Positions 31,637 through 34,210 of a stretch of DNA of 34,210 bases are shown in pieces; positions within the stretch are counted from its first letter, which is position 1, and every line of letters begins with the position of its first letter. Below the pieces are notes generated by a model that saw nothing but the letters and a program-made list of their open reading frames with translations, ran no database searches and was not told the origin of the DNA. The translations under genes were made by a program, and so were the position numbers. The stretch is from an uncultured Thermotogae bacterium (lineage in GTDB: Bacteria > Bipolaricaulota > Bipolaricaulia > UBA7950 > UBA9294), in NCBI GenBank assembly GCA_964416685.1, contig CAYQFN010000002.1, positions 1 through 34,210 of the forward strand, written 5' to 3'.

Positions 31637-32865
31637 GAAAGGAAAGAGTGGTGGTCGGTCTTGATGTGGGGACGACCAAAGTCGTTGCTTTGGTTGGAAA
31701 CGTGGCCGATGGAATGATCGAGATCATCGGCATGGGCAAGGCTGAATCGCACGGGTTGGAGAAGGGTGTGGTTGTCGATATCGGTCGTACGATCTCTTCT
31801 ATACGCAAAGCAGTTGAAGAGGCGGAGAATATGGCTGATATTAAGGTAAGCTCCGTTTATGTGGGCATCGCCGGCAAGCATATCAATTCAATCAACAATA
31901 GCGGTACCGTGTCGATCAACCGTCCTGATCGCATCATAACGAATGATGATGTTCATCGAGTCGTAGAGACAGCGCAGGCGATCCAGCTCCCGCCATCAAG
32001 CGAGATGATCCATGTCATCCCGCGGCAATACATCGTGGATGGGCAGGACGGGATCACAGACCCCGTTGGGATGACGGGAACTCGCCTTGAAGTTGATGTA
32101 CACATTGTTACCGGGGCGATCACCGCGGTGCACAATCTCGTCCGTTGCGTGGAGAGTCTTGACATCGGGATTGAGCAGATCGTGCTGGAACCGATCGCTT
32201 CAGCCCTCGCAGTCCTCTCATCCGCGGAAAAGGAGCTTGGTGTCATCCTGTTAGATATCGGCGGAGGGACGACGGACATCAGCGTCTTCCGCGGCGGTGA
32301 TATCTGGTTCTCCAAGGTCATCCCCATTGCTGGTGAACATATCACCAATGATATTACCGTTGGCCTGCAGACACCGATCGAAGAGGCTGAACTGATCAAG
32401 AAGCAGGCTGGGACGGCGTTAGTGGATAGTGTTGGCGAGGATGAGAAGATTGAAGTGGCGACGATAGGCGGCGACGAGAAGAGGACCGTCTCCAAGAAGA
32501 AGCTGGCTAAGATCATTGAACCCCGCGTCGAGGAGCTCCTCGACTTGGCGATGCAGGAGGTTGAGGACGCTGGCTATCGCGACCTTGTCCCCGCGGGCCT
32601 TGTTCTCACTGGTGGTACGTCTCTCCTGAACGGAATAGTGGAGTTTGCTCAGCAACGCTACGGAATTCCCGTGCGTCGTGGGAAGATCCCGCAGGGGATA
32701 CATGGGTTGCGCGATATCGTTGAATCGCCGATCTACGCTACATCGATCGGGTTATTGCGTTACGCTGTGGAGACCAAAGATTTTTCAAAGAAACGATATG
32801 AGCGGAAGAAGCCTTCGTTTATAAACAAGCTCTTCTCATGGTTTAATCGTTTCTTCCGGGGGTAG
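31633..32865 (+). CDS. ftsA: Cell division protein FtsA
   Basis: 410 aa actin-like ATPase. VGLDVGTTKV, ILLDIGGGTTDISVF and LTGGTSLL motifs. C-terminal amphipathic membrane-targeting helix (FINKLFSWFNRFF). ATGA overlap with ftsQ. Confidence 0.95.
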   Translation: MRKERVVVGLDVGTTKVVALVGNVADGMIEIIGMGKAESHGLEKGVVVDIGRTISSIRKAVEEAENMADIKVSSVYVGIAGKHINSINNSGTVSINRPDRIITNDDVHRVVETAQAIQLPPSSEMIHVIPRQYIVDGQDGITDPVGMTGTRLEVDVHIVTGAITAVHNLVRCVESLDIGIEQIVLEPIASALAVLSSAEKELGVILLDIGGGTTDISVFRGGDIWFSKVIPIAGEHITNDITVGLQTPIEEAELIKKQAGTALVDSVGEDEKIEVATIGGDEKRTVSKKKLAKIIEPRVEELLDLAMQEVEDAGYRDLVPAGLVLTGGTSLLNGIVEFAQQRYGIPVRRGKIPQGIHGLRDIVESPIYATSIGLLRYAVETKDFSKKRYERKKPSFINKLFSWFNRFFRG

Positions 32866-32872
32866 AAGAGGA

Positions 32873-34000
32873 ATGACAATGGCAGATCAGAGGGTTTCCA
32901 CCCCCCCCGCACGGTTGATGGTCATCGGTGTCGGTGGCGGAGGCGGCAATGCCGTCGACCGTATGTTCGCTGATGGTCAGGTTAGCGGCGTGGAGCTTGT
33001 GGTCGTCAATACCGATGCGCAGGTGCTAGAGGTGGTGCATGCACACCACACATTGCAGATCGGACGGAAGCTGACAAGTGGGCTCGGTGCCGGTGGCAAC
33101 CCGGAGATCGGGCGCCTCGCTGCGGAGGAAAGCCACGAGGAGATCGCCGATCTATTGACGGGGATAGACATGGCATTCATCACCTGCGGAATGGGCGGTG
33201 GAACGGGGACGGGAGCTGCGCCAGTCATCGCCTCCCTGGCCAAGGAGGCGGGAATCCTCACCACAGGGATCGTCACGCGACCGTTCTCTTTTGAGGGGCT
33301 GGCCCGCGCCGAGAAGGCAGAGGCTGGGATCGCCCGACTCTCGCAAGAGGTCGACGCCCTGATCACCATCTCCAACGACAAGCTGTTGAAGGTCGCCCCC
33401 ACCGATACCCCGATAACGCGCGCGTTCGAGATGGCAGATGAGGTCCTTCGCCAGGGGGTGGAGGGGATATCTGACCTAATTACCGTTCCCGGCATGATCA
33501 ACCTCGACTTTGCCGACATCGAGAGCGTGATTCGTGGTGCAGGCACGGCGATGATGGGAATCGGCGAAGGCGAGGGGGAAGGAAAGACCAAGGATGCAGC
33601 GAGAAAGGCCATCTCATCACCACTCCTCGACGCTTCCATCAAGGGTGCCCGCAAGGTCATCATGAATATCACCGGCGGGAGTGATCTGACGCTGGAAGAA
33701 GTGACAGAAGCGGCATCCCTCATTCGTGAGGCAGTTTCCGATCGTGCCGACATCATCTTTGGTACAGCGATACGCGATGGTATGGAGACCGTGCGCCTGA
33801 CCGTGATTGCCACTGGCTTCGCTGTGGTTCGCCCAGGGGAAGAGGAAGAAGGAGCTGCTCTGGGAAACGAGACTATGCTCGCCAAACTGCAGAAGGAAAG
33901 ACCGGCCGGTTCGGACGACTTCGACATCCCCACTTATTTGCGCAGGAGTCGCAAGGTGCGCGATGAGAGACCGCGCCCTTGGGGGACAGACGGAGACTAG
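32873..34000 (+). CDS. ftsZ: Cell division GTPase FtsZ
   Basis: 375 aa. GVGGGGGNAV and the tubulin signature GGGTGTGAAPV, plus NTDAQ. Conserved C-terminal peptide DDFDIPTYLRR. Confidence 0.97.
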   Translation: MTMADQRVSTPPARLMVIGVGGGGGNAVDRMFADGQVSGVELVVVNTDAQVLEVVHAHHTLQIGRKLTSGLGAGGNPEIGRLAAEESHEEIADLLTGIDMAFITCGMGGGTGTGAAPVIASLAKEAGILTTGIVTRPFSFEGLARAEKAEAGIARLSQEVDALITISNDKLLKVAPTDTPITRAFEMADEVLRQGVEGISDLITVPGMINLDFADIESVIRGAGTAMMGIGEGEGEGKTKDAARKAISSPLLDASIKGARKVIMNITGGSDLTLEEVTEAASLIREAVSDRADIIFGTAIRDGMETVRLTVIATGFAVVRPGEEEEGAALGNETMLAKLQKERPAGSDDFDIPTYLRRSRKVRDERPRPWGTDGD

Positions 34001-34041
34001 GAATCTGTAGCTGGTTAGTCTTCAACGGAAGGCCTTAGCTT

Positions 34042-34125
34042 TGCCAGAGGTGGGAGTCGAACCCACACGACCCGAGGGCCACGGGATTTTGAGTCCCGCG
34101 CGTCTGCCAATTCCGCCACTCTGGC
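34042..34125 (-). tRNA. tRNA-Leu (anticodon CAA), class II with long variable arm
   Basis: The reverse complement folds as follows. Acceptor GCCAGAG/CTCTGGC. Anticodon stem CGGGA/TCCCG with loop CTCAAAA. Long variable arm. T arm GTGGG-TTCGACT-CCCAC. Discriminator A, and no encoded CCA. Confidence 0.9.
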
Positions 34126-34210
34126 TCAATACAGTGATTCTATCCGCTCTTAGGTGCTCCGTCAAAGTATGCGAGGCGGCCTGGATGGATCAGTGATGGG
34201 CAATGGGTGA

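Noticed and set aside
32977-33933. A 318 aa minus-strand ORF opposite ftsZ.
   Set aside because: It is a shadow ORF. The translation is rich in Ser, Pro, Ala and Arg and shows no family signature, while the plus-strand FtsZ call is unambiguous.

Overview
Bacterial chromosomal window, moderately GC-rich by eye. It is probably from a diderm lineage, because an Omp85/BamA gene and an OmpH/Skp gene are present. The content is almost entirely core housekeeping, and I saw no mobile elements, CRISPR arrays or obvious defence or accessory islands. Layout: (1) metG. (2) A roughly 9 kb tightly packed plus-strand block: rplU, Prp-like ORF, rpmA, obg, nadD, infC, rpmI, rplT, glyQ-like, glyS-like, folB, folK, RNase G, tRNA-Val. 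(3) A roughly 310 nt gene-free spacer with an imperfect inverted repeat, then an SDR-type epimerase gene. (4) A minus-strand block: mtaD, rpsO, pnp, M16 peptidase, coaD. (5) yraN and comM. (6) bamA, skp, fabZ and a stand-alone formimidoyltransferase that runs directly into a partial dcw cluster (murD, ftsW, murG, murC, murB, ftsQ, ftsA, ftsZ). (7) tRNA-Leu on the minus strand. The most unusual item is the glyQ/glyS-like pair right after rplT. Its products are clearly homologous to the two-subunit glycyl-tRNA synthetase. The alpha-like protein, however, has lost sequence blocks that I recall as nearly invariant in GlyQ, while every other housekeeping protein in the window looks canonical. Secondary oddities are listed here. 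GATC, CGATCG and GCGATCGC-type palindromes are strongly over-represented across the window. A Prp-like ORF lacks the His/Cys dyad and sits next to an L27 with no propeptide. The PNPase carries two tandem S1 domains. The RNase E/G homolog ends before the Zn-link. Two divergent genes each have a perfect TATAAT box 9 nt before the ATG. infC appears to start at AUC. All functional calls rest on reading the supplied translations against remembered family signatures. No database search was possible.
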